From NCBI GenBank assembly GCA_965205945.1, contig CBDBIB010000002.1, positions 192,001 through 256,000 on the forward strand: a stretch of DNA of 64,000 nucleotides, in the 5' to 3' direction. How positions within the stretch are numbered: position 1 is the first letter of the stretch; each line of letters opens with the position of its first letter. Positions 40,724 to 50,733 of this stretch are shown here, one piece after another. Origin of the DNA: Bdellovibrionales bacterium. Lineage in GTDB: Bacteria > Bdellovibrionota > Bdellovibrionia > Bdellovibrionales > UBA1609. The translations under genes and the position numbers were made by a program. The notes beneath the pieces were generated by a model. That model did no database searches. It had not been told where the DNA came from and saw only the letters and a list, made by a program, of their open reading frames with translations.

Positions 40724-40777
40724 ATCTAGTTTATAAGTTTTTTTTAAGGTTAAGCCACTAAGAAGGTTTAAATAAAA

Positions 40778-40805
40778 AAAAGCATTAAACTTAATTAATG
40801 CTTTT
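40778..40805. terminator. bidirectional terminator-like hairpin
   Basis: AAAAGCATTAA-ACTTAA-TTAATGCTTTT between convergent genes. Confidence 0.55.
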
Positions 40806-40879
40806 AAAACTTTAATGATGATCTTTAAAGACAGAGTTAATGTCTAGAAAATCTCATGTACTTAGACGATTCATCCTAT

Positions 40880-41299
40880 TTATTGGCCATCATATTCAAG
40901 ATCAGGATCTCCTTCTAATCCAGCGTCTCTAATAGTTTTAATAACTGTAGAAAGTGCATGAAAAACGAATCGAACACTTTCAGCAACTACGTATGTTATA
41001 CCCTTAACACCTTTAGTAACTAAGCCTAGACTTTCAGTAATTAAGTATGTTACACCATTAATGGTGCATACCACAACATTACCAGTACCAGTGACTATAG
41101 CTTCTGGAAAGTATAGATTACCTTCAATTTCGTCATACTCTCCAACAGATTCACAAAACGCTCTAGCTCTCTGCACTAAATTCTGGTTACTTTTTTCCTG
41201 GTTTGTATACTCAAGGTCTGCATGCTCAAAATTAATTGCAAAAGCTGGGAAACCTGCCCATAAAATTGATGCCATTAGTATTGTTATTATTTTTTTCAT
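40880..41299 (-). CDS. hypothetical secreted protein
   Basis: RBS AAGGAG, signal peptide ending in AFA. Confidence 0.7.
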   Translation of the reverse strand: MKKIITILMASILWAGFPAFAINFEHADLEYTNQEKSNQNLVQRARAFCESVGEYDEIEGNLYFPEAIVTGTGNVVVCTINGVTYLITESLGLVTKGVKGITYVVAESVRFVFHALSTVIKTIRDAGLEGDPDLEYDGQ

Positions 41300-41609
41300 T
41301 CTTTTTCTCCTTTTTTTTTACTTATATTCAATCTCTTCCGAATTAAAGAGTTGAGCATAGTGTTTTTAACAAATGCGACTTTATTTTAAAAAGTGTCATA
41401 GAATCAACTTGAAAACATACTTTTATAAAATATACATAAAAAAACTATTATTTAGACAGTATGGTTTTATTATAATATGCAGTTCACACAAGAACTCTAG
41501 ATCTAGCATAAGGAGTTTTTGGTGAAAAGGATTTTTTTAAATACTTTAACCAATTGCGATTTTTAATTGTAAAAGTCTAGAATTGTTGCTGTAAAACACA
41601 TAGTGATGA

Positions 41610-41654
41610 GCCTCGGTGGTGGAATTGGTAGACGCGCTGGATTTTGAATCCAGC
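41610..41654 (+). pseudogene. 5' half of a tRNA-Leu-like gene with an inverted anticodon loop
   Basis: GCCTCGG-TGGTGGAATTGGTAGACGCG-CTGGA-TTTTGAA-TCCAG. No variable arm, T arm or 3' acceptor strand follows. Confidence 0.8.
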
Positions 41655-41782
41655 AAAGGGCCTTAGGAGAGTTTGTAAAGTATTATAGTTAAGGAGATTT
41701 TTTAAATTTTTGGTATATAAATTCAAACGGATTGGTAGAATTGTTTACCAGAAAAATAAATAGATTGAGTAAGGGCAATTAT

Positions 41783-41869
41783 GCCGATGTGGTGGAATTG
41801 GTAGACACGTTGGATTCAAAATCCAATGGTAGCAATATCGTGCGAGTTCGAGTCTCGCCATCGGTACCA
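41783..41869 (+). tRNA. tRNA-Leu(CAA)
   Basis: Acceptor stem GCCGATG/CATCGGT, anticodon arm TTGGA-TTCAAAA-TCCAA, long variable arm, T loop TTCGAGT, encoded CCA. Confidence 0.96.
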
Positions 41870-42323
41870 AAGCATTGCAATTACTTGTCTTTTTAAAATC
41901 ACTAAAAAATCTATTGGTATAAAGTTATGGGCAAAGTTTTAAAACCCATATTCAAAAAGAAAAAACCAAACAAAGTACTTATTTTCGACGACACCCTTAT
42001 AAGGAGATAATTTTTTTAGGGTAGGGGTGTCATTACTTGTAGTAGGTATTAATTGGTAAAAATGTGTAGATAATGCTTAAAAAGTTAAGTTTACCATGAA
42101 AATCTGTTATTTAAGATCTGCTGAGATCTATTTAAAGGGGTGCTTAAAGTTTTTACTACATGTGATAGGTGTATTTAGGTAACAGTGCAAAAAGTTCACA
42201 CAATAATAACATATTTATACTAGGAAGATATCTCATTGTAGTTTCTTTTAGAAAATGATAAAAATTAAGCAACCTTTAAGGCTAAAGCCTTGGAATTTGT
42301 AATTATAATATAGAGGAGTTTTA

Positions 42324-42836
42324 ATGGTGTCTTTTAATGTTGGTGACAATGCAGTTTATCCTGGTTACGGAGTTGTTAAGGTCACAGCAATAGAGATAAA
42401 AGAGTTTTTTGGAACAAAAGAGATTTTTTATTCTGTAAGGATTGAAGACTCAGGTGCTAAGGTAATGGTCCCTCAAAACCGTGTTGAAGTGGTTGGACTG
42501 CGGTCAATAATTACTGAAAACCAAGCTGTTGAAGTGATTAGTATTTTAAAAGAAAAAGAAACTAAAGTAGATAATCAAACTTGGAATCGTAGATATAGAG
42601 ATTATATGGATAAGATTAAAACAGGCTCTGTATATGAAATCGCTGAGGTTTTAAGAGATCTATTTGTTCTTAAAGTAGGTAAAGATTTATCTTTTGGTGA
42701 AAAAAAGATGCTTGAAACAGCAAGAAATCTTCTTTTAAGAGAATTAACTCTAGCTACTAAGGGAGAAGTTTTAAATTCTGATGAAGTCGCCGCTATCTTT
42801 GGGCTTAATGACACAAAAAAAACAACAGTCCAATAA
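42324..42836 (+). CDS. carD: CarD-family transcriptional regulator
   Basis: F.VGD.AVYP..GV, VGLR, TWNRRYR, LSFGEKKML. Confidence 0.92.
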   Translation: MVSFNVGDNAVYPGYGVVKVTAIEIKEFFGTKEIFYSVRIEDSGAKVMVPQNRVEVVGLRSIITENQAVEVISILKEKETKVDNQTWNRRYRDYMDKIKTGSVYEIAEVLRDLFVLKVGKDLSFGEKKMLETARNLLLRELTLATKGEVLNSDEVAAIFGLNDTKKTTVQ

Positions 42837-44307
42837 TCTGTCCATTACTAATAAATTAGTACGAGTTCGTTTTGCTCCAAGCCCTACAGGCTATCTTCAT
42901 GTAGGTGGTGCAAGAACTGCATTTTATAATTATGTTTATGCAAAAAAACATGGTGGAACCTTTATTCTTAGGGTGGAGGATACTGATGAAGTTCGTTCTA
43001 CTAAAGAGGCTTTAGTCGCTATGATAAAAGATATGAGGTGGTTAGGTTTTGAGTGGCAAGAAGGTCCTCAAGATGAAAATCTTAATGAGATTGGAGATAA
43101 GGGGCCTTATCTTCAAAGTGAAAGAAAAAGCATTTATAAAAAATATATTCAAAAACTTTTAGACTTAAAAAAGGCCTACTATTGTTTTTTAACAGAAGAA
43201 GACTTAGATATTCAACGCAAAGAAGCTAAGACTTTAAAGCGTCCTTTTAGACCGTGTAGTCCTTATAGAGATTGGACAATAGAACAAGCTAGAAAAAAAC
43301 TAGCCGATGGTGAAACTGCCGCTATTAGATTTAAAAATGATTATGGCAATCAGCTTTTTACTTTTATAGATATAGTTAGAGGAGAGGTGTCACTGCCTTC
43401 TTCAATGATTGGGGACTTTATTATTGCAAGATCTACAGGTGTTCCAGTTTATAATTTTGTATGCGCAGTTGATGATGCTTTAATGCAAATCACTCATGTA
43501 TTTAGAGCTGAGGAGCACTTAAATAATACTTTAAGGCAGCTTATGATTATTAAAGCCTATGGGTTTACTCCTCCAATGTATGGACATATGTCAATTATGC
43601 TTGGAGAAGATAAGCAAAAGCTTTCAAAACGCCATGGGGCAGCCTCAGTACAGGAATTTAGGGAAGAAGGGTATCTTTCAGAGGCCATAAATAACTTTGT
43701 TGCACTTATGGGTTGGAGCTCTCCATCGGGTAAAGAGATTTTATCTTTTGATACTATAGTTAAAGAATTTTCTAAAGATCGTTTAAATTCAGCATCGGCA
43801 GTTTTTGATAAAGAAAAGCTTAAGTGGATGAATGCTCAGTACTTAAGGTCTATGGATCCTAAAGATTTTTGGAAAAATATGACTAAGTATTTAGACCCTT
43901 CTTGGAAATTTCCTAAAGAGGAAGATTGGGTATTAAAATCATATAACACTTTAAAGACTTCAATGAATACATTTAAAGATGGGGTAGAGCTTTTTAAAAT
44001 GTTAAGGCTTGGAGATGAACTGTTTTTAAATGAAGAAGCTAAAGAAGTACTTTTATGGGACACCACTTTAAAAGTTTTAAGTGTTTGGGTTAAAGCCCTT
44101 GAATCTTTAGATAAAGATTATTTTACCACTGGTGATATAGATGAGTTTATGGGTTTAGTAAAAAAAAGGACTGGAGTTAAGGGCAAGAGTTTATTTATGC
44201 CTTTGCGTGTGGCTTTAATTGGAAGAGCTCATGGGACAGAGATTAAAGACCTTATTCCCTTAATTCCTAAAAACGAACTAGTTAGAAGAGCTAAATCATT
44301 ACTCTAA
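42781..44307 (+). CDS. gltX: glutamate--tRNA ligase (start uncertain)
   Basis: VRVRFAPSPTGYLHVGGARTA, LRVEDTD, KLSKRHG. Confidence 0.95.
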   Translation: MKSPLSLGLMTQKKQQSNNLSITNKLVRVRFAPSPTGYLHVGGARTAFYNYVYAKKHGGTFILRVEDTDEVRSTKEALVAMIKDMRWLGFEWQEGPQDENLNEIGDKGPYLQSERKSIYKKYIQKLLDLKKAYYCFLTEEDLDIQRKEAKTLKRPFRPCSPYRDWTIEQARKKLADGETAAIRFKNDYGNQLFTFIDIVRGEVSLPSSMIGDFIIARSTGVPVYNFVCAVDDALMQITHVFRAEEHLNNTLRQLMIIKAYGFTPPMYGHMSIMLGEDKQKLSKRHGAASVQEFREEGYLSEAINNFVALMGWSSPSGKEILSFDTIVKEFSKDRLNSASAVFDKEKLKWMNAQYLRSMDPKDFWKNMTKYLDPSWKFPKEEDWVLKSYNTLKTSMNTFKDGVELFKMLRLGDELFLNEEAKEVLLWDTTLKVLSVWVKALESLDKDYFTTGDIDEFMGLVKKRTGVKGKSLFMPLRVALIGRAHGTEIKDLIPLIPKNELVRRAKSLL

Positions 44308-44367
44308 AGGTAGGTTAGGTGTGGGGCTTAGTTTGTAAACTTATAAAAAACTAAGTATGATGGTTAG

Positions 44368-46374
44368 ATGTTTTTATTAGAAACAAAACTTAAACCCTCA
44401 GGAGATCAACCAAAAGCAATTAAAGAAATTGTTGGTAGGTTTAAAGAAGGCATTAAAAAACAAACCTTACTAGGCGTTACAGGTTCAGGTAAAACTTTTA
44501 CCATGGCTAATACAATTCAACAGCTATCTGTTCCAACTTTAATTCTTGCTCCTAATAAGACATTAGCAGCCCAGCTTTATGTGGAAATGAAGTCTCTTTT
44601 TCCAAAAAATGCTGTAGAATATTTTGTTTCTTTTTATGATTATTATCAGCCAGAAGCATATATTCCTTCAACCAATACGTTTATTGAAAAGGACTCAGCT
44701 ATTAATGAGCAGATTGATAGGATGAGGCACTCGGCAACCTATGCGCTTTTAAAACGAAAAGATGTGATTATAGTAAGCTCGGTTTCTTGTATTTATGGAC
44801 TAGGGTCGCCTGATGCATATGAGGGAATGAGTATTGAGTTAAAATGTAATTTTAAACTTGGAAGAGACCAGTTTTTAAGAGAATTATTAAAAATTCAATA
44901 TAAGAGATCTGATGTAGATTTTCATCGTGGGACCTTTAGGGTTAGAGGGGATGTTGTAGATATTTACCCTACCTATGAGGAAGACAGAGCTTTAAGAGTT
45001 GAGTTTTTTGGTAATTTTGTAGAACAGCTTTCATGGATTGATCCTATTAGAGGGAAAACTTTAAAAAGAATTCAGGTTGTATCGATCTTTCCAGGGAGTC
45101 ACTATGTCACCTCTTCAAAGAGACTTAAGATTGTTGTAGATCAAATTAGAGAAGAACTTAGAGAACGTATGGCTTATTATAAAAATCTTGGTGAGGAAGA
45201 GCTTAAAGAGCGTATAGAAAAAAGAACTTTATATGATCTTGAGATGATTGATGAATTAGGGTTTTGTTCAGGAATTGAGAATTATTCAAGATATTTAACA
45301 GGTAGAATAAGTGGAGAGCCCCCGCCAACACTTTTAGAGTATTTTCCTAAGAATTTTTTAACCATCATTGATGAGTCTCATATAACGGTTTCTCAAGTTG
45401 GAGGAATGTATAAAGGTGATAGGGCTAGAAAAATAAATTTAGTAAAACATGGTTTTAGACTCCCTTCAGCTTTAGATAATAGACCTTTAAATTTTTTAGA
45501 ATTTACTAAAATAGTAGATAGGGTTGTTTATGTTTCAGCCACTCCTGGAAAATATGAGTTTGAAAATACTAAAGGCCTTATAACAGAACAAATTATTCGA
45601 CCCACAGGTTTATTAGATCCTTTTGTTACAGTAAGACCTGCAACACATCAAATAGATGATGTTGTAGGTGAGTGTAAGAGAGTGGTTAAAAAAGGTTTTA
45701 GAGTTTTACTGACTACGTTGACAAAAAAAAGTTCAGAAGATCTATCAAAATATATGGCATCTTTAGGGTTTAAGGTTAAGTATTTGCATTCTGATATTAA
45801 GACAATGCAAAGGTCTGATGTTTTAAGAGATTTACGTTTAGGGGTATTTGATATTTTAATAGGTATTAACTTACTTAGAGAGGGGCTTGATTTACCTGAA
45901 GTTGCTTTTGTTGGAGTTTTAGATGCTGATAAAGAAGGTTTTTTAAGATCAGAGAGTTCTTTGGTTCAAACAATAGGTCGAGCAGCAAGAAATTTAGAAG
46001 GTCGTGTGATTTTATATGGAGATAAAATCACTAATTCTATGAAAAAAGCTATTAGTGAAACAGACAGAAGAAGGAAGATTCAAGAAGACTATAATAAAAA
46101 GCATGGAATCATTCCTAAAACTATTATTAAAAACATTAAAACTGGTTTAACAGAAGCTTATATTGATGTACATGGTAAAGATATTGAGGAGGGGGTTTAT
46201 CAACTTAGAGAAAGAGTAGTCTCTTATAAGACTAAAAAAGGAGGGCTTTTAAAAGAGCTTGAAAAATTAAAGAAGAGAATGAAAAAAGCTGCTGACAAAT
46301 TAGATTTTGAGGAAGCTGCAAGAATTAGGGATGAAATAAAACGCCTTCAAATTATAGATTTAGAGCTTTCTTAA
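44368..46374 (+). CDS. uvrB: excinuclease ABC subunit B
   Basis: GVTGSGKT, YYQPEAY, IDESH, GINLLREGLD, C-terminal UVR domain. Confidence 0.98.
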   Translation: MFLLETKLKPSGDQPKAIKEIVGRFKEGIKKQTLLGVTGSGKTFTMANTIQQLSVPTLILAPNKTLAAQLYVEMKSLFPKNAVEYFVSFYDYYQPEAYIPSTNTFIEKDSAINEQIDRMRHSATYALLKRKDVIIVSSVSCIYGLGSPDAYEGMSIELKCNFKLGRDQFLRELLKIQYKRSDVDFHRGTFRVRGDVVDIYPTYEEDRALRVEFFGNFVEQLSWIDPIRGKTLKRIQVVSIFPGSHYVTSSKRLKIVVDQIREELRERMAYYKNLGEEELKERIEKRTLYDLEMIDELGFCSGIENYSRYLTGRISGEPPPTLLEYFPKNFLTIIDESHITVSQVGGMYKGDRARKINLVKHGFRLPSALDNRPLNFLEFTKIVDRVVYVSATPGKYEFENTKGLITEQIIRPTGLLDPFVTVRPATHQIDDVVGECKRVVKKGFRVLLTTLTKKSSEDLSKYMASLGFKVKYLHSDIKTMQRSDVLRDLRLGVFDILIGINLLREGLDLPEVAFVGVLDADKEGFLRSESSLVQTIGRAARNLEGRVILYGDKITNSMKKAISETDRRRKIQEDYNKKHGIIPKTIIKNIKTGLTEAYIDVHGKDIEEGVYQLRERVVSYKTKKGGLLKELEKLKKRMKKAADKLDFEEAARIRDEIKRLQIIDLELS

Positions 46375-48249
46375 ATGAATAAAGAACTGTTTTCTGTAAA
46401 AGATCAAGCTGTTATGATGCCTAATAAACCAGGTGTGTATCTTATGAAAAGCCAAACTGGGGTTATTTTGTATATTGGTAAAGCTAAGATTTTAAGAAAT
46501 AGAGTGAAATCATATTTTACAAAGCAGAAAGGAAGGTCTTTAAGACTTAAGCATTTAATCAAACAAATTATTAAAATTGATTATGTTATCACAACTACAG
46601 AGGTTGAAGCATTTTTACTAGAAGCTTCTTTGATTAAAAAGCATAAGCCTCGCTATAATATTAGGCTTAAAGATGATAAATCATACCCTTATATAAAATG
46701 CAGTTTATCAGAAGAGTTCCCAAGATTTTATGTTTCTAGAAAAGTTTCAAATAACAAAGAAGATCTTTTTTACGGTCCTTTTACTTCTGGGTTTTTGGTT
46801 CGAGAAAATATTAAGTTTTTAAATGGAGTTTATAAAACAAGAGATTGTTCTAATGGTTTTATGAAAATTAGAAAAAGACCTTGTTTAACTCATGAGATAA
46901 AAAGATGTACGGCTCCTTGTGTAGGAATGACAACACAAAGAAAATACAAAAATCAGGTTAAAAAAGCAATTGCTTTTTTAGAAGGGGATACTAAAGAGAT
47001 TTTAAAAGAGGTTGAAAAAAATATGTATAAAGCCTCTTTAAATCAAGAATTTGAAAGAGCGGCTGAATATAGAGATCAATTAGAGGGAGTAAAAATTATT
47101 TTAGAAAAACAAACCGTTATTGCAAGAGAAGATATAAATAGAGATGTTGTTTCTTATGTGACTGATGAAAAAGGCTCTTTGATTTCAATGATTCACACTA
47201 GAAAAGGAAGAGTGTTAGGACAAAAAATTCACTTTTTAAATAAACTTGAAATTGGTGTTAAAGATGAAAACCTAAGAGAAAAAGTGCTGTCTTTTTTAAA
47301 TCAATACTATATAGATAATTTTATTCCAGATGAAATACTACTGGATCAGGATTTAGGCTCAGATTTAACTCGTTTATTTAAAGATGTGTTAAAAGAAAGA
47401 AGCAAGCAGAATGTAGATATCTTACATGTTCCAAATTCTAAGACTAAAGCAATTTTAAATATGGCTAGAAAAAATGCTTTAGAGCATTTAAAAAAATATA
47501 TAGAGAAATTTGATAAACAAGAAAAAGCACTATTTCAGATTAAAGAAAAATTTGGACTTTTACAGATTCCAGAGCGTATAGAGTGCTATGACATTTCAAA
47601 CTTTCAAGGAGATCAATCTGTAGGAAGTCAGGTTGTTTTTAATGCAGGAGCGCCCAGCCCCCAAGACTATAGAATTTATAAAATTAAAACAATTATAGGC
47701 CCTGATGATTTTAATTCTTTAAAAGAAGTTTTAGTAAGAAGGTTTTCTCATAGTGAGTATCAAGATCCACAGTTAATAGTTATTGATGGAGGCAAAGGGC
47801 AGCTTTCAAAAGTCGTTTCGATTTTAAAAGACTTAGGAAGACAAGATCTTGTGGTCGTGGGTTTAGCTAAATCTAGAGAAAAAGGCAATTTTAAAGATTC
47901 AAAGCTTAAAAGAACAAGTGAAAGATTTTTTATATCAGGTCGAGCTAATCCGGTGACATTTAAACTTTATAGTCAAGGACTTAGGATTTTAACAAACATT
48001 AGAGATGAGGCCCATAGGTTTGCTATTGCTCATCATAGAAAACTTCGAGATAAAAAAATGATGGAGAGTGTTTTTTCTAAAATTCCAGGTTTTGGTCCTA
48101 AAAAACAAGCACGATTAAAACAACTTTTAAAGACATCCTCTGATTGGACACTCATTACAGAAAAGAAAATTATGGTAGAAACAAAAACAAGTGCTAAAGT
48201 TGCTAAAGAGATTTTAGTTTACTTGCATGTAATGGTGAAAAAAAAGTAG
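46375..48249 (+). CDS. uvrC: excinuclease ABC subunit C
   Basis: GIY-YIG PGVYLM..YIGKAK.LRNRV, IECYDIS, IDGGKGQ, IRDEAHRFAI. Confidence 0.97.
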   Translation: MNKELFSVKDQAVMMPNKPGVYLMKSQTGVILYIGKAKILRNRVKSYFTKQKGRSLRLKHLIKQIIKIDYVITTTEVEAFLLEASLIKKHKPRYNIRLKDDKSYPYIKCSLSEEFPRFYVSRKVSNNKEDLFYGPFTSGFLVRENIKFLNGVYKTRDCSNGFMKIRKRPCLTHEIKRCTAPCVGMTTQRKYKNQVKKAIAFLEGDTKEILKEVEKNMYKASLNQEFERAAEYRDQLEGVKIILEKQTVIAREDINRDVVSYVTDEKGSLISMIHTRKGRVLGQKIHFLNKLEIGVKDENLREKVLSFLNQYYIDNFIPDEILLDQDLGSDLTRLFKDVLKERSKQNVDILHVPNSKTKAILNMARKNALEHLKKYIEKFDKQEKALFQIKEKFGLLQIPERIECYDISNFQGDQSVGSQVVFNAGAPSPQDYRIYKIKTIIGPDDFNSLKEVLVRRFSHSEYQDPQLIVIDGGKGQLSKVVSILKDLGRQDLVVVGLAKSREKGNFKDSKLKRTSERFFISGRANPVTFKLYSQGLRILTNIRDEAHRFAIAHHRKLRDKKMMESVFSKIPGFGPKKQARLKQLLKTSSDWTLITEKKIMVETKTSAKVAKEILVYLHVMVKKK

Positions 48250-48359
48250 TTTAACTTAATAAGTGAAATCCTTAATTCTTTTTAAATAAAAACATCGACA
48301 TTTAAAATGTATAAGTCTAGAGTGAAAAAAAGATTTAAAAAAATAATTAAAGGCTTAAT

Positions 48360-48722
48360 GTGAAAACTAAGAATGATTACCTTACAAAGATTTTAGGAAT
48401 GAGTTTAACAGGGCCTAAATTGGCTATTAAAAATAGGGTTAAACATAAAAGAGATCAGTATTTATTTTATTGTAATCAAAAAGATTTTAAAAAAAATAAA
48501 GATTTTATTCAAAAAATATTACAAGCAAGTCAGAAAAATAATGAAATTGTTATTACAAATTTAAAAGATCTTAAAAAACTAAATCCACTAGAAGTGTTTA
48601 GTTTTGGAGAGAGGATTCACCTTTTAGGTGTAAAAGTTCAATCTTTTCCAAGTTTTACAGAGATTTTTAAGAATAAAAATATGAAACTCTTGCTTTGGAA
48701 TGAGTTAAAAAAAAGAGTTTAA
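48360..48722 (+). CDS. hypothetical protein
   Basis: 120-aa ORF, no family recognised with confidence. Confidence 0.5.
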   Translation: MKTKNDYLTKILGMSLTGPKLAIKNRVKHKRDQYLFYCNQKDFKKNKDFIQKILQASQKNNEIVITNLKDLKKLNPLEVFSFGERIHLLGVKVQSFPSFTEIFKNKNMKLLLWNELKKRV

Positions 48723-48729
48723 GTTATTA

Positions 48730-48990
48730 GGGGCTGTTGATAATTCATCGAGCTTTTCATAACGGTAATCAAATAAAAAGACATAATAAGACTAAGCATG
48801 TCTTTGTAGTTTATATTAATCTTGTTATGCAGGACTTTTTAATACCTAAAAAGTGCTTAAGCCCTGCAAAAGTATTCTTAACAAGAGGCCTGTATTTATA
48901 AAGGTGCTAGTCTATATCTTTGTTCTGAGTCTTTAATTTTTTTTCTAGTAGAACTAGAGTTAAATCCTAAGTTAAAAGTACGTTTTTTCT
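48730..48990 (-). mobile_element. IS5-family (IS427-like) 3' remnant
   Basis: End sequence GGGGCTGTTGATAATTC. Minus-strand translation ID*HLYKYRPLVKNTFAGLKHF matches the LYK.R.LVEN.FA.LK.F transposase motif. Confidence 0.7.
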
Positions 48991-49214
48991 TTTAATAATA
49001 GGAACTTAGCTTTTTGGGTGAAAACTAGCAGTAGATTTAAGACTTTTATTACTTTTAGAATCTATATTTTATACAGTTTTGTTTTAAAATAAGATTTTAA
49101 AACAAAAAGTGGTATTTAAAAAAAGTTTAATAAATTAAATCGTTTATGGTGCAGTTTATTAGTAAATGCTGTTTTATTAATCCAGAGATAAAATTTGTAA
49201 ATATAAAATAACAG

Positions 49215-49233
49215 CTGTAAAAAGATTTTACAG
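49215..49233. promoter_or_regulatory. palindromic regulator site CTGTAAAA-AGA-TTTTACAG
   Basis: Perfect 8-3-8 inverted repeat about 30 nt upstream of a sigma54-type promoter. Confidence 0.55.
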
Positions 49234-49261
49234 TAGAGTGCTAATATACGGCCTTTAAGGC

Positions 49262-49277
49262 TGGTATTGATTTTGCT
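49262..49277 (+). promoter_or_regulatory. sigma54-type (-24/-12) promoter
   Basis: TGGTATTGATTTTGCT has exact GG-N10-GC spacing and lies just upstream of the RBS and ATG 49305. Confidence 0.65.
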
Positions 49278-49304
49278 CTATAGATTCTATCTAGGGGGAT
49301 CATT

Positions 49305-50096
49305 ATGAAAAAACTAAATCCTTTAAAAACTTTATTAATAACAGGGGTAATCTTTTTATTAATAGGTTGTGATAACGGCTCTGAGTCAAATTCTATAACC
49401 ACAGTTCCAATAACTCAGGTTAATTTGTCAGACCATATTAGAAATAATATTAATGAAAACTCATCTTCTGTATTAACAAAACTTTTGCAACTCCATGAGG
49501 ATTTAGATGAGGAGTATTCACGTTTAGATATGGAGCTTAATATAGGTACGGTAGTTGGAAATCATGAAAATATAGATGCCAAGCAGGGTGGAGATATTGT
49601 AATTCATAAAAATCATAGGAATGGTGAGAAATCTTATAGTTATTTTACTTCAGGTGGAAATCATCTTAATGATGTTAAAGAAAACTATTGGAGCTATAAT
49701 TTAGATGATAGGCTTGTTTGGAAAGGTGTGTTTGAAGGTCCAACAGGAACTCTTGTAGTTGTAGTTGATGGTGTTTATGAGTCAGGTGATGGAAATGATC
49801 CCTTTGATGCAATGAGTGGATCTGTTTGGTTTAGACCATGGCCAATTGTTGAAAACACAGGGATTAATCCAAATAAGTGTTATATAAAAGATGGAAGATT
49901 AGATTGTAAAAATCCTGCAGGGCCACTTCGTAGATGTTGGGATATTTCACTAGGCCCGTATGATTGTAGATTTACTGTTTCAGAGGATTCACAAATGGTA
50001 ACGGCTATAGGTAATAAAGAATCTTCTCAGCCATATACAAAAGTAGCAGAATTTATTAACTTAAGTAGAGAAAAAACTTTTAAAGAAACCTATTAA
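49305..50096 (+). CDS. hypothetical lipoprotein
   Basis: Lipobox LIGC, C-terminal CW.ISLGPYDCR. Confidence 0.75.
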   Translation: MKKLNPLKTLLITGVIFLLIGCDNGSESNSITTVPITQVNLSDHIRNNINENSSSVLTKLLQLHEDLDEEYSRLDMELNIGTVVGNHENIDAKQGGDIVIHKNHRNGEKSYSYFTSGGNHLNDVKENYWSYNLDDRLVWKGVFEGPTGTLVVVVDGVYESGDGNDPFDAMSGSVWFRPWPIVENTGINPNKCYIKDGRLDCKNPAGPLRRCWDISLGPYDCRFTVSEDSQMVTAIGNKESSQPYTKVAEFINLSREKTFKETY

Positions 50097-50114
50097 CAAA
50101 TAAGAAGGTGTAAG

Positions 50115-50702
50115 ATGAAACAAATAATAATTTTATTAGTAGCAGTAATGTTTTTATCTGGATGTGGTGAATCATCAGGTGAAAAAGTAGTTTCTACAAA
50201 TCCTGTAGATTCAAGTGGAAGGCCAATAGAAAAAGCCCCAGATAATGGTAGGAATGATGAAAGTATATTAACTCCAGTAGGTCTAGATGTTACTCCGCTA
50301 GCTTATGGAGAAAGTTTAATTTTTCCTGAAGCTCAAATTCAATTAGGTTTTCAAGTAGGTATTAATGGTGTTTTTTCACAAGGTGAAATAAGACTACTTG
50401 AGACGTTTGGGTATTTAAATTGTGAACTTCCAGTTGGCACTTATACACTTATAACAAGTATTCCAGGCCAGAAGATAATTACTCCTGGTTATAGTGAACC
50501 AATAGTTCATAACTATGGTGGAGTTACTTTAAGTGCTACAGGTCCAGTGTTATTCACAGCTGTTTTAACGCGTTCTTTATCTAGACAAAACCCTAATGGT
50601 GAATGGGTGATGGATGCAGAGTTAAAGTTAAAGTCTGTAAAAGGTGCAACCTGCTCTAATCCAATACCTATTTCTTTTGGAATGCCTAGTAATTTAGATT
50701 AA
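50115..50702 (+). CDS. hypothetical lipoprotein
   Basis: Lipobox LSGC, beta-rich, two further Cys. Confidence 0.75.
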   Translation: MKQIIILLVAVMFLSGCGESSGEKVVSTNPVDSSGRPIEKAPDNGRNDESILTPVGLDVTPLAYGESLIFPEAQIQLGFQVGINGVFSQGEIRLLETFGYLNCELPVGTYTLITSIPGQKIITPGYSEPIVHNYGGVTLSATGPVLFTAVLTRSLSRQNPNGEWVMDAELKLKSVKGATCSNPIPISFGMPSNLD

Positions 50703-50733
50703 GGATAAAGCTTTTGGATTTTAACCTTTATGT

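Noticed and set aside
41610..41654. Functional tRNA-Gln(TTG) or recoding tRNA
   Set aside because: No T arm or 3' acceptor strand follows, so it cannot fold as a tRNA
41988..42031. GACACCC...GGGTGTC inverted repeat as an ncRNA or terminator
   Set aside because: Long loop, no U-tract, and no supporting family features
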